Part shown: one piece after another, positions 54,773-64,000 of the stretch
Position numbering within the stretch: the stretch's first letter is position 1
How the letters are laid out: each line of letters starts with the position of its first letter
Source: Acutalibacteraceae bacterium
GTDB taxonomy: Bacteria > Bacteroidota > Bacteroidia > Bacteroidales > Bacteroidaceae
NCBI GenBank assembly: GCA_963652075.1
Contig: CAVJRQ010000089.1
Span: 337-64,336 of the forward strand
DNA length: 64,000 nucleotides
Reading direction: 5' to 3'
Translations under genes and position numbers: made by a program
The notes under the pieces: generated by a model
Seen by the model: only the letters and a program-made list of their open reading frames with translations
What the model was told of the DNA's origin: nothing
Database searches by the model: none

Positions 54773-56077
54773 TCAAAGCAAGTCCGCCAGCGGCGCAAGG
54801 CGCATGCTGTTGGAACCTTTAATCAGTATATAGTATCCGTGAGGCTTCCCGACCTCGATGGCCTGTCGCACCTCGTCGGCATCGGCGAAGCAACGAAACG
54901 GCGAGTGGGTAGCGCGGAAGTTGTCTCCCACAAGCCATACCACATCGAACGCCGCCTTCGCGAGGTAGTCCACAATGCGCTGATGCTCCTCCGCAGTAGA
55001 AGCGCCCAGCTCTTTCATATCGCCGAGGATAGCCATTTTGGGGCTCACCTTCATGGCGGTGAAATTGGCGAGAGCCGCCATCATGCTGGTGGGGTTGGCA
55101 TTGTAGGCATCCACAATCAGCGAGTTGTCCGCCGTAACCTTCAGCTGCGAGCGGTTATTCTGCGGCGTGTAGCCTGCCAAAGCCTCATCTATCTGTTGGG
55201 GTGTCACTCCAAAATAGATGCCTATGGCCGCTGCTGCCAGCATATTGTCTATGTTGTAAGCACCAATAAGGTGGGTGGCTATGCGGTGCCACCCCGTGTT
55301 GGTGACGCGCCAACGGAATGTGAGGGTGGGTGCGCATTCAACCACTTCACCGTTGACATGCAACATCTCCTTGTCGTCACTCTTTCCGTAGCGTACCAAA
55401 TTCAATCCATCCGCCTCGGCCATGAGGTAAGGATTGTCGTTGTGGATAAACGCCACGCTCTCCGGTTTCGTCCGCAAATAGCGATAGAGAGCCGTCTTGG
55501 TGTGAATCACCTCCTCGAACGTACCGAACCCTTCGAGGTGCGCCTTTCCCACATTGGTAATGATGCCATAGTCCGGCTCCACGATATGCACCAGTTGGTC
55601 TATCTCCCCCGGATGATTGGCACCCATCTCCACCACAGCCATCTCGTGCTCGGCCGTGAGGCGAAGCAGGGTGAGCGGCACACCGATGTGGTTGTTGAGG
55701 TTTCCTTGGGTATAGAGCACCCGATATTTCTCGGCCAACACGGTGGCGATGAGTTCCTTGGTAGTGGTCTTTCCGTTGGTGCCGGTAACGCCGATGACGC
55801 GTGTGCCCAGTTGCCGACGGTGGTAGTGCGCCAGTTGCTGGAGCGCGGCAAGGCAATCGTCCACCACTATCAGCCGTTTGTCTTGCGACGAGGCATACCG
55901 TGGGTCGTCGACGACGGCATAGGCGCAACCTTGCTCCAGAGCCTGGAGGGCAAACGCGTTGCCATCGAACGAAGTCCCTTTAAGTGCGAAAAAGATGGAG
56001 CCGGATGGGCAGTTACGACTGTCGGTTGTGACCAACGGATGCTGTTGGAAGATGTGGTAAAGTGATGCTATTTCCAT
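54773..56077 (-). CDS. murF: UDP-N-acetylmuramoyl-tripeptide--D-alanyl-D-alanine ligase
   Basis: 434 aa. VIGVTGTNGKTTTKE P-loop and the Mur ligase middle and C-terminal domains. Confidence 0.9.
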   Translation of the reverse strand: MEIASLYHIFQQHPLVTTDSRNCPSGSIFFALKGTSFDGNAFALQALEQGCAYAVVDDPRYASSQDKRLIVVDDCLAALQQLAHYHRRQLGTRVIGVTGTNGKTTTKELIATVLAEKYRVLYTQGNLNNHIGVPLTLLRLTAEHEMAVVEMGANHPGEIDQLVHIVEPDYGIITNVGKAHLEGFGTFEEVIHTKTALYRYLRTKPESVAFIHNDNPYLMAEADGLNLVRYGKSDDKEMLHVNGEVVECAPTLTFRWRVTNTGWHRIATHLIGAYNIDNMLAAAAIGIYFGVTPQQIDEALAGYTPQNNRSQLKVTADNSLIVDAYNANPTSMMAALANFTAMKVSPKMAILGDMKELGASTAEEHQRIVDYLAKAAFDVVWLVGDNFRATHSPFRCFADADEVRQAIEVGKPHGYYILIKGSNSMRLAPLADLL

Positions 56078-56349
56078 AATATATTGCAGTCAATGGCGGT
56101 CCTGTGGACCGTGACGTTCTCTATATAGATGCCGCAAAAGTAACGATTTTGCGGAAGTGAACAAACAAACGGAGCGGAAAGTAGTCGACGAAACGTTAAA
56201 AAGGAGTTTGTCACGAACCGCACCGCGTTGGCTATCGAGGTATAGGCTCGAATAAAAGAGCCGTAAACTGAAAAAGTTGACGGCAGATGAAGATTATATC
56301 AAACCATTAGACTACATTTGTACTTTCTTTAACTAAATCAGTTTTGGGT

Positions 56350-57729
56350 ATGAAATATACGCTAACAATTTTTCTGGCATGCTCACTCTGTCTATCCGCG
56401 ACAGCGCAACTGCCGGAACGCACCCCGGAGAACGTCCAAAAGTATAAGACCATTTGCCGCGAACATATCTATAAGGATATGAAAGGCATGTACCGCGAAC
56501 CGGGAGGTGCCTTAAAGTTCCCCTTCCTGGCACCGGGCAGCAACCAGTATCTGGATATGCTGTGGGACTGGGACTCCTGGTTGAGCAACGTCGCCCTGCG
56601 CCAGATACTGTTGGAGAACGGCACCGACAAAGACCGTGAACAGGCACTGCGGTACGAGCAGGGTTGTGTACTCAACGCCTTGAGCTACGGTGGCATGGAC
56701 GGATGGATACCCATCTGGATTGAGCGCAACGCACCGAGCCGCGAGGAGATGCTGAAGAAACGCAATCCTTGGAAGACCAACATGCACAAGCCGACCATCG
56801 CGCAGCATGCCGCCTTCATCATCCGCAACATGGACGGCGATGCCGAATGGTTGCGCGAGGACTTTTACACCCTACAGGCATTCGTCTGCAAATACCTGAA
56901 CTTTCACCGCCACAAGGCTACGGGACTGATGTATTGGGAAACGGACGAGGCGATAGGCGTAGACAACGACCCAAGCACTTTCTACCGTCCACACGAGAGC
57001 TCCGGTTCCATCTTCTTGAACGCGCTGATGTACAAAGAGCTGAAAGCGATGGCATACATAGCCGACTGCCTGAAACTGACCGACATCGCCAAACGGTTCG
57101 ACCAGGAAGCCGACACGCTGAAAGTCAAGATACAGGAACATTGCTGGGACCCTCGCGACGGATTCTACTATAGCGTGGACTTGAACCTGCTGCCCGTGGA
57201 GAAGCCCGACATCGAAGGTCTGATGCCCGGAGACCTCTACCTGCATGTGGGACAGCCGCGCACATACGACTGCCTGATACAGCGGTTCAGCGTATGGAGC
57301 GGATTCATGTCCATGTGGGCCGGCATCGCCACACCGGAGCAGGCACAAGAGATGGTGAAGCGACAGTATCACGACACGTTGTCGTTCAATGCGCCGGCAG
57401 GCGTGCGCACCCTCTCGCCACTGGAAAAGATGTATAACGCTTGCGCCAGCGGCAACCCCTCGTCATGGCAAGGCCCGATATGGATTAACGTGAACTACCT
57501 GGTGTTTCGCGGACTGGTACAGTACGGCTTCGATGCGGAAGCGCGCGAACTGGCGGAGAAAACCATCGTACTGTTAGGCCGCGACTACGAACGGTTCGGC
57601 GCGTTGCACGAGTATTACCTGCCGGACAACGGTGAACCCGTGTTGAACAAAGGATTCCAGAACTGGAACCTCTTGGTGCTGAACATGGCGGCTTGGCTCG
57701 ACGGGAAGTCCGTAGTTACGGAATTCTGA
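56350..57729 (+). CDS. (alpha/alpha)6-barrel glycoside hydrolase, GH63/GH37 (trehalase / MGH1-like)
   Basis: Signal peptide. DMLWDWDSW, GLMYWETDEAIGVDNDPS and WQGPIWINVNYLVFRGL blocks. A TACATTTG box lies at 56313-56320. Confidence 0.65.
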   Translation: MKYTLTIFLACSLCLSATAQLPERTPENVQKYKTICREHIYKDMKGMYREPGGALKFPFLAPGSNQYLDMLWDWDSWLSNVALRQILLENGTDKDREQALRYEQGCVLNALSYGGMDGWIPIWIERNAPSREEMLKKRNPWKTNMHKPTIAQHAAFIIRNMDGDAEWLREDFYTLQAFVCKYLNFHRHKATGLMYWETDEAIGVDNDPSTFYRPHESSGSIFLNALMYKELKAMAYIADCLKLTDIAKRFDQEADTLKVKIQEHCWDPRDGFYYSVDLNLLPVEKPDIEGLMPGDLYLHVGQPRTYDCLIQRFSVWSGFMSMWAGIATPEQAQEMVKRQYHDTLSFNAPAGVRTLSPLEKMYNACASGNPSSWQGPIWINVNYLVFRGLVQYGFDAEARELAEKTIVLLGRDYERFGALHEYYLPDNGEPVLNKGFQNWNLLVLNMAAWLDGKSVVTEF

Positions 57730-57822
57730 GCCAAGGCATACCGTACCGAGTAAAGAGAAAGAGGAATAAATATAAACTAAACAATACAATATCATTAACG
57801 TCTTAACAACACATTATTAAAA

Positions 57823-58584
57823 ATGAAGACTAACAAATTATCCGTGATGGTCCCTTTGTTTGCGCTACTTCTTTTGTGCGCCCCCAAAGCAAAGGCTCAA
57901 GTGAATGCACAGCTTTACTACGACTTCGGCGACGACCGCAAGTTCGAGACCTTGACACTGGAAATGTTCAAGGCCGACAAATGGGGTAGCACCTATTTCT
58001 TTATCGACCACGACTTCAACTACAATAGAGTCAACGGAAAGAAAGTGGGACCACAGGTTTCGCACGGAGGCACCTATACCGAGATTGCCCGCAGCATCAA
58101 CCTGTGGCAGGATTCAGACCTGAAGGCGTGGAGCCTGCACGCTGAGTACAACGGCGGCATCACGCAGGACTATCCCATCAACACGGCGTGGCTGTTTGGT
58201 GTGGATTACTTCATGCACAGCGAGGACTTCAAGAACACCCTGACCCTGCAAGTACTCGGCAAGCACATCCACAAGGCCAGCAGCGATGTGCCGGTGCAGC
58301 TCACGGCCGTATGGGCCATGAACGACATCTTTGGCGTGAAGGGACTGAACTTCTTGGGCTTTGCCGACTTCTGGTGGGAGAACCACACGACTTACGATGA
58401 CGGCCAGACCCCGGAAGACGCCAGCACCGTGTTCATCACCGAGCCGCAGTTGTTCTACAACATCGGCCGTCACTTCGGCGTAGACAACTTCAGCGTCGGT
58501 ACGGAGATTGAGCTGAGCAACGACTTCGGAAGTACCAGCGGCTTCAAATGCCGTCCCTGCCTGGGTGTCAGATGGGATTTCTAA
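57823..58584 (+). CDS. DUF5020 / Tsx-like outer-membrane beta-barrel protein
   Basis: Signal peptide, QLYYDFGDDRKFETLTLEMFKADKWGSTYFFIDHDF, C-terminal ...GVRWDF. Lies 20 nt upstream of a nucleobase permease. Confidence 0.6.
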   Translation: MKTNKLSVMVPLFALLLLCAPKAKAQVNAQLYYDFGDDRKFETLTLEMFKADKWGSTYFFIDHDFNYNRVNGKKVGPQVSHGGTYTEIARSINLWQDSDLKAWSLHAEYNGGITQDYPINTAWLFGVDYFMHSEDFKNTLTLQVLGKHIHKASSDVPVQLTAVWAMNDIFGVKGLNFLGFADFWWENHTTYDDGQTPEDASTVFITEPQLFYNIGRHFGVDNFSVGTEIELSNDFGSTSGFKCRPCLGVRWDF

Positions 58585-58604
58585 TCCTCTAAACAACAAA
58601 TACA

Positions 58605-59903
58605 ATGCTACAGAAACTTTTTGGGTTCAACCCGACACAGCACAAAGTGAAGACAGAAGTGTTGGCCGGCATCACCACCTTCCTGACCATGGCCTATATC
58701 CTGGCCGTGAACCCCGCCATGTTCGGCGAGCTCTCCGCACAGGGTATGGATGCCAATGCGTCCTTCACCGCAACGGCATTGGCCGCCATCGTGGGTACGC
58801 TCATCATGGCCATCTATGCCAAGATGCCTTTTGCCTTGGCTCCGGGTATGGGTCTGAACGCCTTCTTTGTCTACACGGTCTGCTTGGGCATGGGATACAG
58901 TTGGCAGTTTGCCCTCACCGCAATCCTGATTGAAGGTCTGCTCTTCGTGCTGCTCACCGTAACGAAGGTGCGCGCATGGATTGTAGACTCCATCCCCGCC
59001 TCGCTGAAGAGCGCTATCGGTGGCGGCATCGGACTCTTCATCGCCTTCATCGGTCTGAAGAACGCCGGCATCATTGTCCCCAACGCCTCCACTTACGTGG
59101 GCATTGGCGACCTGACACAAGGCAACGCCTTGCTGGGAGTTATCGGAATCTTCATCACCGGGCTGTTGGTAATCAAGAAAGTGCCGGGCAACCTCCTTCT
59201 GGGTATCCTCATCACTACCCTCATCGGCATCCCGATGGGGCTGGCGCACTTTGGCGGTATCGTAAGCACGCCGCCTTCCATTGAGCCGATATTCTGTCAG
59301 TTCCAGTTCCACGACATCTTCTGTCACGACATGTTCATCGTGGTGTTCACCTTCCTCTTCTTCGACATGTTCGACACCGTAGGAACATTGGTAGGCGTAT
59401 GCACCAAGGCCAAGAAGGTACAGAAGGACGGGAAAATACCCGGACTGACGAAGGCGTTCATGGCCGACGCGTTGGCTACCGTCGCCGGTGCCTGCTTCGG
59501 GACCAGCACGACCACCACTTACGTGGAGAGCACGTCGGGCATCGCACAGGGCGGACGTACGGGACTCACCGCCTTCACGACGGCAATCTGTTTCGTCGTA
59601 GCCCTCTTCTTTGCGCCGTTGTTCCTGGCTATGCCTGCGGCTGCCACCGCTCCGGTATTGGTGATTGTCGGCCTCTTCATGGTGACACCGATTCTGACTA
59701 TCGATTTTGAGGACTACTCGGAGTCTATCCCCGCATTCCTTACCATCGTCATCATGCCGTTGGCGGGAAGCATCTCCGACGGCATCATGTGCGGAATGAT
59801 TGTCTACACCGTGCTCAACGCCCTCTGTGGCAACATCAAGAAGGTGAACCCCATGATGTGGGTGTTGGCTGTCCTCTTCGTCGCGAAGTATATCTTCATC
59901 TAA
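58605..59903 (+). CDS. NCS2 family nucleobase permease (AzgA/PbuG-like adenine-guanine-hypoxanthine)
   Basis: EVLAGITTFLTMAYILAVNP and the TTYVESTSGIAQGGRTGLT blocks. 432 aa. Confidence 0.85.
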   Translation: MLQKLFGFNPTQHKVKTEVLAGITTFLTMAYILAVNPAMFGELSAQGMDANASFTATALAAIVGTLIMAIYAKMPFALAPGMGLNAFFVYTVCLGMGYSWQFALTAILIEGLLFVLLTVTKVRAWIVDSIPASLKSAIGGGIGLFIAFIGLKNAGIIVPNASTYVGIGDLTQGNALLGVIGIFITGLLVIKKVPGNLLLGILITTLIGIPMGLAHFGGIVSTPPSIEPIFCQFQFHDIFCHDMFIVVFTFLFFDMFDTVGTLVGVCTKAKKVQKDGKIPGLTKAFMADALATVAGACFGTSTTTTYVESTSGIAQGGRTGLTAFTTAICFVVALFFAPLFLAMPAAATAPVLVIVGLFMVTPILTIDFEDYSESIPAFLTIVIMPLAGSISDGIMCGMIVYTVLNALCGNIKKVNPMMWVLAVLFVAKYIFI

Positions 59904-60029
59904 GAGACTACACTGCCCCCTGAAGGCAGTTGCTTCGGGCGGTATTCCGTAAAGGATGCCGCCCGCTTTGTTTCCCAACATTTTTCTTCCATAATTCCGC
60001 TGAGGGATTCCGTCTAACGAAAAATACAT

Positions 60030-60037
60030 TAACTTTG
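60030..60037 (+). promoter_or_regulatory. -7 box TAACTTTG for folP-cdaA
   Basis: TAnnTTTG match 25 nt upstream of ATG 60062. This supports the shorter folP start. Confidence 0.5.
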
Positions 60038-60061
60038 CAAGCAGTGAAAAATGCCGGAGAC

Positions 60062-60907
60062 ATGAAGCGAAACTTTATACAGACAAACGGGCGACTGATG
60101 GACCTCAGCACCCCACAGGTGATGGGTATCCTCAACGTGACGCCCGACTCGTTCTATGCGCAGAGCCGAAAGCAAAGCGACGAGGAGATTGCCCAACGGG
60201 CCACACAGATATTGAGCGAAGGGGCGAGCATCATCGACATTGGTGCCTACTCGTCGCGGCCGAACGCCGAACACATCACCGCAGAGGAGGAGATGAGGCG
60301 GCTGCGCCACGGACTGAGCATCATCACCCGTGAACATCCGGAAGCCGTGTTGTCAGTCGACACTTTCCGCGCCGACGTTGCCGCCATGTGCGTGGAAGAG
60401 TATGGCGTGGCTATCATCAACGACATCGCCGCCGGCGAGATGGACAACCGGATGTTCGACACCGTAGCCCGGCTGAACGTGCCCTACATCATGATGCACA
60501 TGCAAGGAACGCCGCAAACCATGCAGGCGACACCCCACTACGACAATCTGATGAAAGAGATTTTCCTCTACTTTGCCGAGAAGATTGCCAAGCTGCACGA
60601 GCTGGGCGTGAAGGACATCATACTGGACCCAGGATTCGGCTTCGGGAAGACGTTGGCGCACAACTACGAGTTGCTGAACAACCTGCAGGAGTTCGCCCAG
60701 TTCGAAATGCCGCTGTTGGTAGGCGTATCACGCAAATCAATGATATACAAACTACTGGGTACGACACCCGAAGAAGCACTCAACGGGACGACGGTGATTG
60801 ACACCGTCGCCTTGCTGAAAGGAGCGGACATCCTGCGCGTGCACGACGTACGCCAGGCGGTGGAAGCCGTAAGGATAACGGAAGCCATGAAACATGGCAT
60901 TCAATAA
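60062..60907 (+). CDS. folP: Dihydropteroate synthase
   Basis: VMGILNVTPDSFYA, IIDIGAYSSRP, DPGFGFGKT, LLVGVSRKS. Confidence 0.92.
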   Translation: MKRNFIQTNGRLMDLSTPQVMGILNVTPDSFYAQSRKQSDEEIAQRATQILSEGASIIDIGAYSSRPNAEHITAEEEMRRLRHGLSIITREHPEAVLSVDTFRADVAAMCVEEYGVAIINDIAAGEMDNRMFDTVARLNVPYIMMHMQGTPQTMQATPHYDNLMKEIFLYFAEKIAKLHELGVKDIILDPGFGFGKTLAHNYELLNNLQEFAQFEMPLLVGVSRKSMIYKLLGTTPEEALNGTTVIDTVALLKGADILRVHDVRQAVEAVRITEAMKHGIQ

Positions 60908-60929
60908 GAACCCCTAAAACACAACGAAT

Positions 60930-61697
60930 ATGTTCAGCGTCAGCATAAAAGACATTATCGACATCCTGTTGGTGACATTCATGCTCTACTATGCCTACCG
61001 GTTCATGAAGGACTCCGGTTCCATAAAAGTGTTTATCGGTATCCTCACCTTCATCCTCCTCTGGCTGCTGGTGTCGCAGATACTGGAGATGAAACTGTTG
61101 GGTGCCATCTTCGACAGCCTGGTGCAGGTGGGTGCCATCGCCCTGATTGTCCTGTTTCAGGACGAGATACGCAAGTTCCTCATCACGTTGGGATCGCACG
61201 AGCGGGCAAGCAAGCTGTTGCGGTTCATCACCGGCACGAAGAAGAAAACCACCGAGCGCGCGGACATCATGCCCGTGGTGATGGCCTGCCTCAACATGAG
61301 CAAACAAAAGGTGGGGGCACTCATCATCTTCGAGAGGAGCATTCCCCTCAACGACATCATCGCCTCGGGCGACGTGATTGACGCCAACATAAACCAACGG
61401 CTGATAGAGAACATCTTCTTCAAGAACAGTCCGTTGCACGACGGAGCGATGATTGTCCGCCACAAGCGCATCACCGCCGCCGGCTGCATCCTGCCCGTAT
61501 CGCATAGTGTGGACATACCCAAGTCATTGGGTCTGCGCCATCGGGCGGCTCTGGGCATCGCGCAGGAAACGGATGCCTTGTCCGTAGTGGTCTCCGAGGA
61601 GACGGGAGACATATCCGTTGCCTACAAAGGACAGTTCCACCTACACCTCTCCGCCGAGGAGCTGGAGCGTTTTCTCACCGAGGAAGAACCCGCATAA
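60930..61697 (+). CDS. cdaA: Diadenylate cyclase (CdaA-type, membrane-anchored DAC domain)
   Basis: Three N-terminal helices, then a DAC domain with PLHDGAMIV and GLRHRAALGI..TDA..VVVSEETG. Confidence 0.9.
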   Translation: MFSVSIKDIIDILLVTFMLYYAYRFMKDSGSIKVFIGILTFILLWLLVSQILEMKLLGAIFDSLVQVGAIALIVLFQDEIRKFLITLGSHERASKLLRFITGTKKKTTERADIMPVVMACLNMSKQKVGALIIFERSIPLNDIIASGDVIDANINQRLIENIFFKNSPLHDGAMIVRHKRITAAGCILPVSHSVDIPKSLGLRHRAALGIAQETDALSVVVSEETGDISVAYKGQFHLHLSAEELERFLTEEEPA

Positions 61698-61820
61698 TGG
61701 TTTGGGTGAAAAAAGATTCCGTTTTTGCAATGTGTATATGACAAATATATGTAATTTTGCACATCTCTATATCAGTAGACTGAGAAAGAAATAGGAATAT
61801 CAATTTAAACTTATAATATC

Positions 61821-62837
61821 ATGGATTTAATTAGCGAAATTGTATCACGTGCAAAAGCCAACAAGCAACGCATCGTGTTGCCCGAAGGTACAGAAGAGCG
61901 CACACTGAAGGCTGCCGACAGAATTCTGGCAGACGGCGTGGCCGACTTGATTCTCCTTGGTAATGTGGAAGAAATCGAGAGTCTGGCAAAGAAATGGGAA
62001 CTGAACAACATCAGCAAGGCTACCCTCATCGACCCGGCTACCAGCCCGAAGCGCGAGGCTTATGCGGAGTTGCTCTATGAACTGCGCAAGAAAAAAGGCA
62101 TGACCTTGGAAGAGGCTCAGAAGAAAGCCCTCGACCCGATGTACTTCGGTTGCCTCATCATCAAAGCCGGCGATGCCGACGGACAGTTGGCAGGTGCGCT
62201 GAACACCACGGCCGCTACGCTGCGTCCCGCCCTGCAGATTATCAAGACAGAGCCGGGAATCTCATGTGTATCGGGTGCCATGGTGATGCTGACGCAAGCC
62301 CCCGAGTATGGCGAGAACGGTGTATTGGTTATCGGCGACGTGGCCGTAACCCCGATGCCGGACGCAGACCAGTTGGCGCAGATTGCCGTATGCACGGCCC
62401 GCACAGCCAAAGCCGTTACAGGATTCGCTGAGCCGCGTGTAGCTATGCTGAGCTTCTCTACCAAAGGCTCCGCCGACCACGAAGTGGTTGACAAAGTGCG
62501 TGAGGCTACGGCGAAAGCCAAGGCTTTGGATCCTACCTTGAAGATTGACGGTGAGTTGCAGGCAGATGCCGCTTTGGTTCCGTCGGTAGGCGCAAGCAAA
62601 GCTCCGGGATCGGAGATTGCGGGCAAAGCCAACGTGTTGGTTGTTCCTTGCCTTGAGGTGGGTAACATCAGCTACAAGCTGGTACAACGTCTCGGTCACG
62701 CCACCGCTTTGGGTCCAATCCTCCAGGGTATCGCCCGTCCGGTGAATGACCTCTCCCGCGGATGTTCCATCGACGACGTTTACTTGATGATTGCCATCAC
62801 AGCCAACCAGGCTATCGCAGCTAAGCAAAACAACTAA
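61821..62837 (+). CDS. pta: Phosphate acetyltransferase
   Basis: 338 aa. RIVLPEGTEERTLKAA, SGAMVM, LSFSTKGSA, GPILQG. A TAATTTTG box lies at 61752-61759. Confidence 0.92.
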   Translation: MDLISEIVSRAKANKQRIVLPEGTEERTLKAADRILADGVADLILLGNVEEIESLAKKWELNNISKATLIDPATSPKREAYAELLYELRKKKGMTLEEAQKKALDPMYFGCLIIKAGDADGQLAGALNTTAATLRPALQIIKTEPGISCVSGAMVMLTQAPEYGENGVLVIGDVAVTPMPDADQLAQIAVCTARTAKAVTGFAEPRVAMLSFSTKGSADHEVVDKVREATAKAKALDPTLKIDGELQADAALVPSVGASKAPGSEIAGKANVLVVPCLEVGNISYKLVQRLGHATALGPILQGIARPVNDLSRGCSIDDVYLMIAITANQAIAAKQNN

Positions 62838-62848
62838 ACAGTCCGGCT

Positions 62849-64000
62849 ATGAAGATATTGGTACTTAACTGCGGAAGTTCGTCCATCAAATACAAATTGT
62901 TTGAGATGACGGAGAAGAAGGTGCTGGCACAAGGCGGCATCGAGAAGATAGGCTTGAAAGGATCCTTTCTGAAACTCACCTTGCCGAACGGCGAGAAGGT
63001 TGTCTTGGAAAAGGATATCCATGAACACACGGCCGGTGTGGAGTTCATTCTGTCCACACTGACCAGCGAGAAATACGGTGCGCTGAAGTCACTGAACGAG
63101 CTGGATGCAGTCGGTCACCGTATGGTACACGGAGGCGAACGTTTCAGCGAGTCCGTGTTGCTGAGCAAAGAGGTGTTGGATGCCTTCACGGCTTGCAACG
63201 ACTTGGCTCCGCTGCACAACCCCGCCAACCTGAAGGGTGTGAATGCCGTATCGACATTGCTGCCCAACCTGCCTCAGGTGGGTGTGTTCGATACCGCTTT
63301 CCATCAGACCATGCCGGACTATGCGTACATGTACGCCATTCCGTATGAGTTGTATGAGAAATACGGCGTACGCCGCTACGGTTTCCACGGAACGTCACAC
63401 CGTTACGTGTCCAAGCGCGCCTGCGAGTTCCTGGGCATCAACCCCGTTGGCATCAAGATGATTACCTGCCATGTAGGTAACGGAGGTTCCGTTTCCGCCA
63501 TCCAGGACGGCAAATGCGTGGACACCAGCATGGGTCTCACCCCATTGGAAGGCTTGATGATGGGAACACGAAGCGGTGACATTGACGGTGGTGCCGTGAC
63601 CTTCATCATGGAGAAAGAGGGACTGAATCCTACGGGCGTGTCGAACTTGCTGAACAAGAAGTCCGGTGTGTTGGGCGTATCGGGTGTCTCTTCAGACATG
63701 CGCGAGCTCTCCGCCGCCGCTAACGAGGGCAACAAGAGGGCTATTCTGGCTCAGAACATGTACTTCTACCGCATCCGTAAATACATCGGTTCGTACGCCG
63801 CCGCACTGGGTGGTGTCAACGTGATTGTCTTCACCGGCGGTGTAGGCGAGAACGACGGACTGGCTCGTGAGGTAGCTTGCGAAGGACTGGAATTCATGGG
63901 CGTGAAGCTGGACAAGGAGCTGAACAAGAAGATTCATGGTGACGAGGCGGTCATCTCCACGGCGGATTCCAAGGTGAAGGTAGTCGTTATCCCCACCGAC
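62849..64000 (+). CDS. ackA: Acetate kinase, 3' end cut by window edge
   Basis: My own translation from ATG 62849: MKILVLNCGSSSIKYKLFEM...AVGHRMVHGGERF...RRYGFHGTSHRYV. The frame is open to base 64000. It is absent from the supplied ORF track because there is no stop in the window. Confidence 0.92.
   Translation, partial: MKILVLNCGSSSIKYKLFEMTEKKVLAQGGIEKIGLKGSFLKLTLPNGEKVVLEKDIHEHTAGVEFILSTLTSEKYGALKSLNELDAVGHRMVHGGERFSESVLLSKEVLDAFTACNDLAPLHNPANLKGVNAVSTLLPNLPQVGVFDTAFHQTMPDYAYMYAIPYELYEKYGVRRYGFHGTSHRYVSKRACEFLGINPVGIKMITCHVGNGGSVSAIQDGKCVDTSMGLTPLEGLMMGTRSGDIDGGAVTFIMEKEGLNPTGVSNLLNKKSGVLGVSGVSSDMRELSAAANEGNKRAILAQNMYFYRIRKYIGSYAAALGGVNVIVFTGGVGENDGLAREVACEGLEFMGVKLDKELNKKIHGDEAVISTADSKVKVVVIPTD

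Noticed and set aside
54434-56065. A 543-aa ORF antisense to murF. Similar cases are 58608-60029 (antisense to the NCS2 permease), 31385-32893 (TonB receptor), 44192-45514 (VTC/DUF4956), 53443-54720, 49417-50529, 35478-36731, 5772-6926 and 41770-42909.
   Set aside because: All lie wholly inside well-supported genes on the opposite strand and lack motifs, signal peptides or upstream promoter boxes. I treat them as codon-bias artefacts.
48997-57729. A polysaccharide utilisation locus (PUL) call for the GH42/GH88/PL10-CE8/GH63-like region, and likewise for GH127 or the GH106-like gene.
   Set aside because: No SusC/SusD pair and no hybrid two-component or ECF/anti-sigma regulator accompanies them, and murF interrupts the set. 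I describe it only as a loose CAZyme cluster.

Overview
The window reads as a chromosomal segment of a Bacteroidales (phylum Bacteroidota) bacterium. Three things point there. Most genes have a TAnnTTTG -7 box 20-120 nt upstream. Lipoproteins carry acidic residues right after the lipobox Cys. The gene content also fits: anSME plus sulfatase, a TonB-dependent receptor, DUF4956/DUF2490/DUF5020 families, class-3 FBPase, and folP-cdaA.

I call 46 protein genes, with the LptF/G-like gene at the left edge and ackA at the right edge truncated by the window. I also call one tRNA-Ser(CGA), one 72-nt gene remnant, seven hairpin terminators and a set of promoter boxes.

Content is mostly housekeeping: ribBA, an aspC-like aminotransferase, asd, glyQS, parC, nrdDG, fbp, dnaX, kdsA/kdsD, murF, folP, cdaA and pta-ackA. 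Scattered among these are glycan-degrading enzymes (GH106-like, GH127, GH42, GH88/105, a PL10-CE8 fusion, GH63-like) that are not organised as SusC/SusD PULs. I saw no rRNA, CRISPR array, transposase, integrase or phage genes.

What ordinary annotation does not explain is a family of intergenic tandem arrays. Each has 3-5 units with a 22-23 bp period and a perfect or near-perfect palindromic core, and the core differs between loci: CGTTGCAACG, TGACAATTGTCA and ACGTAAGTACTTACGT. One array sits directly upstream of a COG1373-type AAA+ ATPase/PD-(D/E)xK-like gene. A second copy of that array is fused to a duplicated 3' end of the same gene, so a sulfatase-anSME cassette is bracketed by direct repeats.

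This array/ATPase locus is my best candidate for something undescribed, but its function is pure inference. Secondary candidates are a VTC-DUF4956-DUF2490 three-gene module, a Pho-box-like site in front of a PiT-porin cluster that is followed by a separately transcribed TonB-receptor-lipoprotein pair, and an orphan ECF sigma factor with a hydrophobic tail.

All family assignments come from reading motifs by eye. No database search was run.
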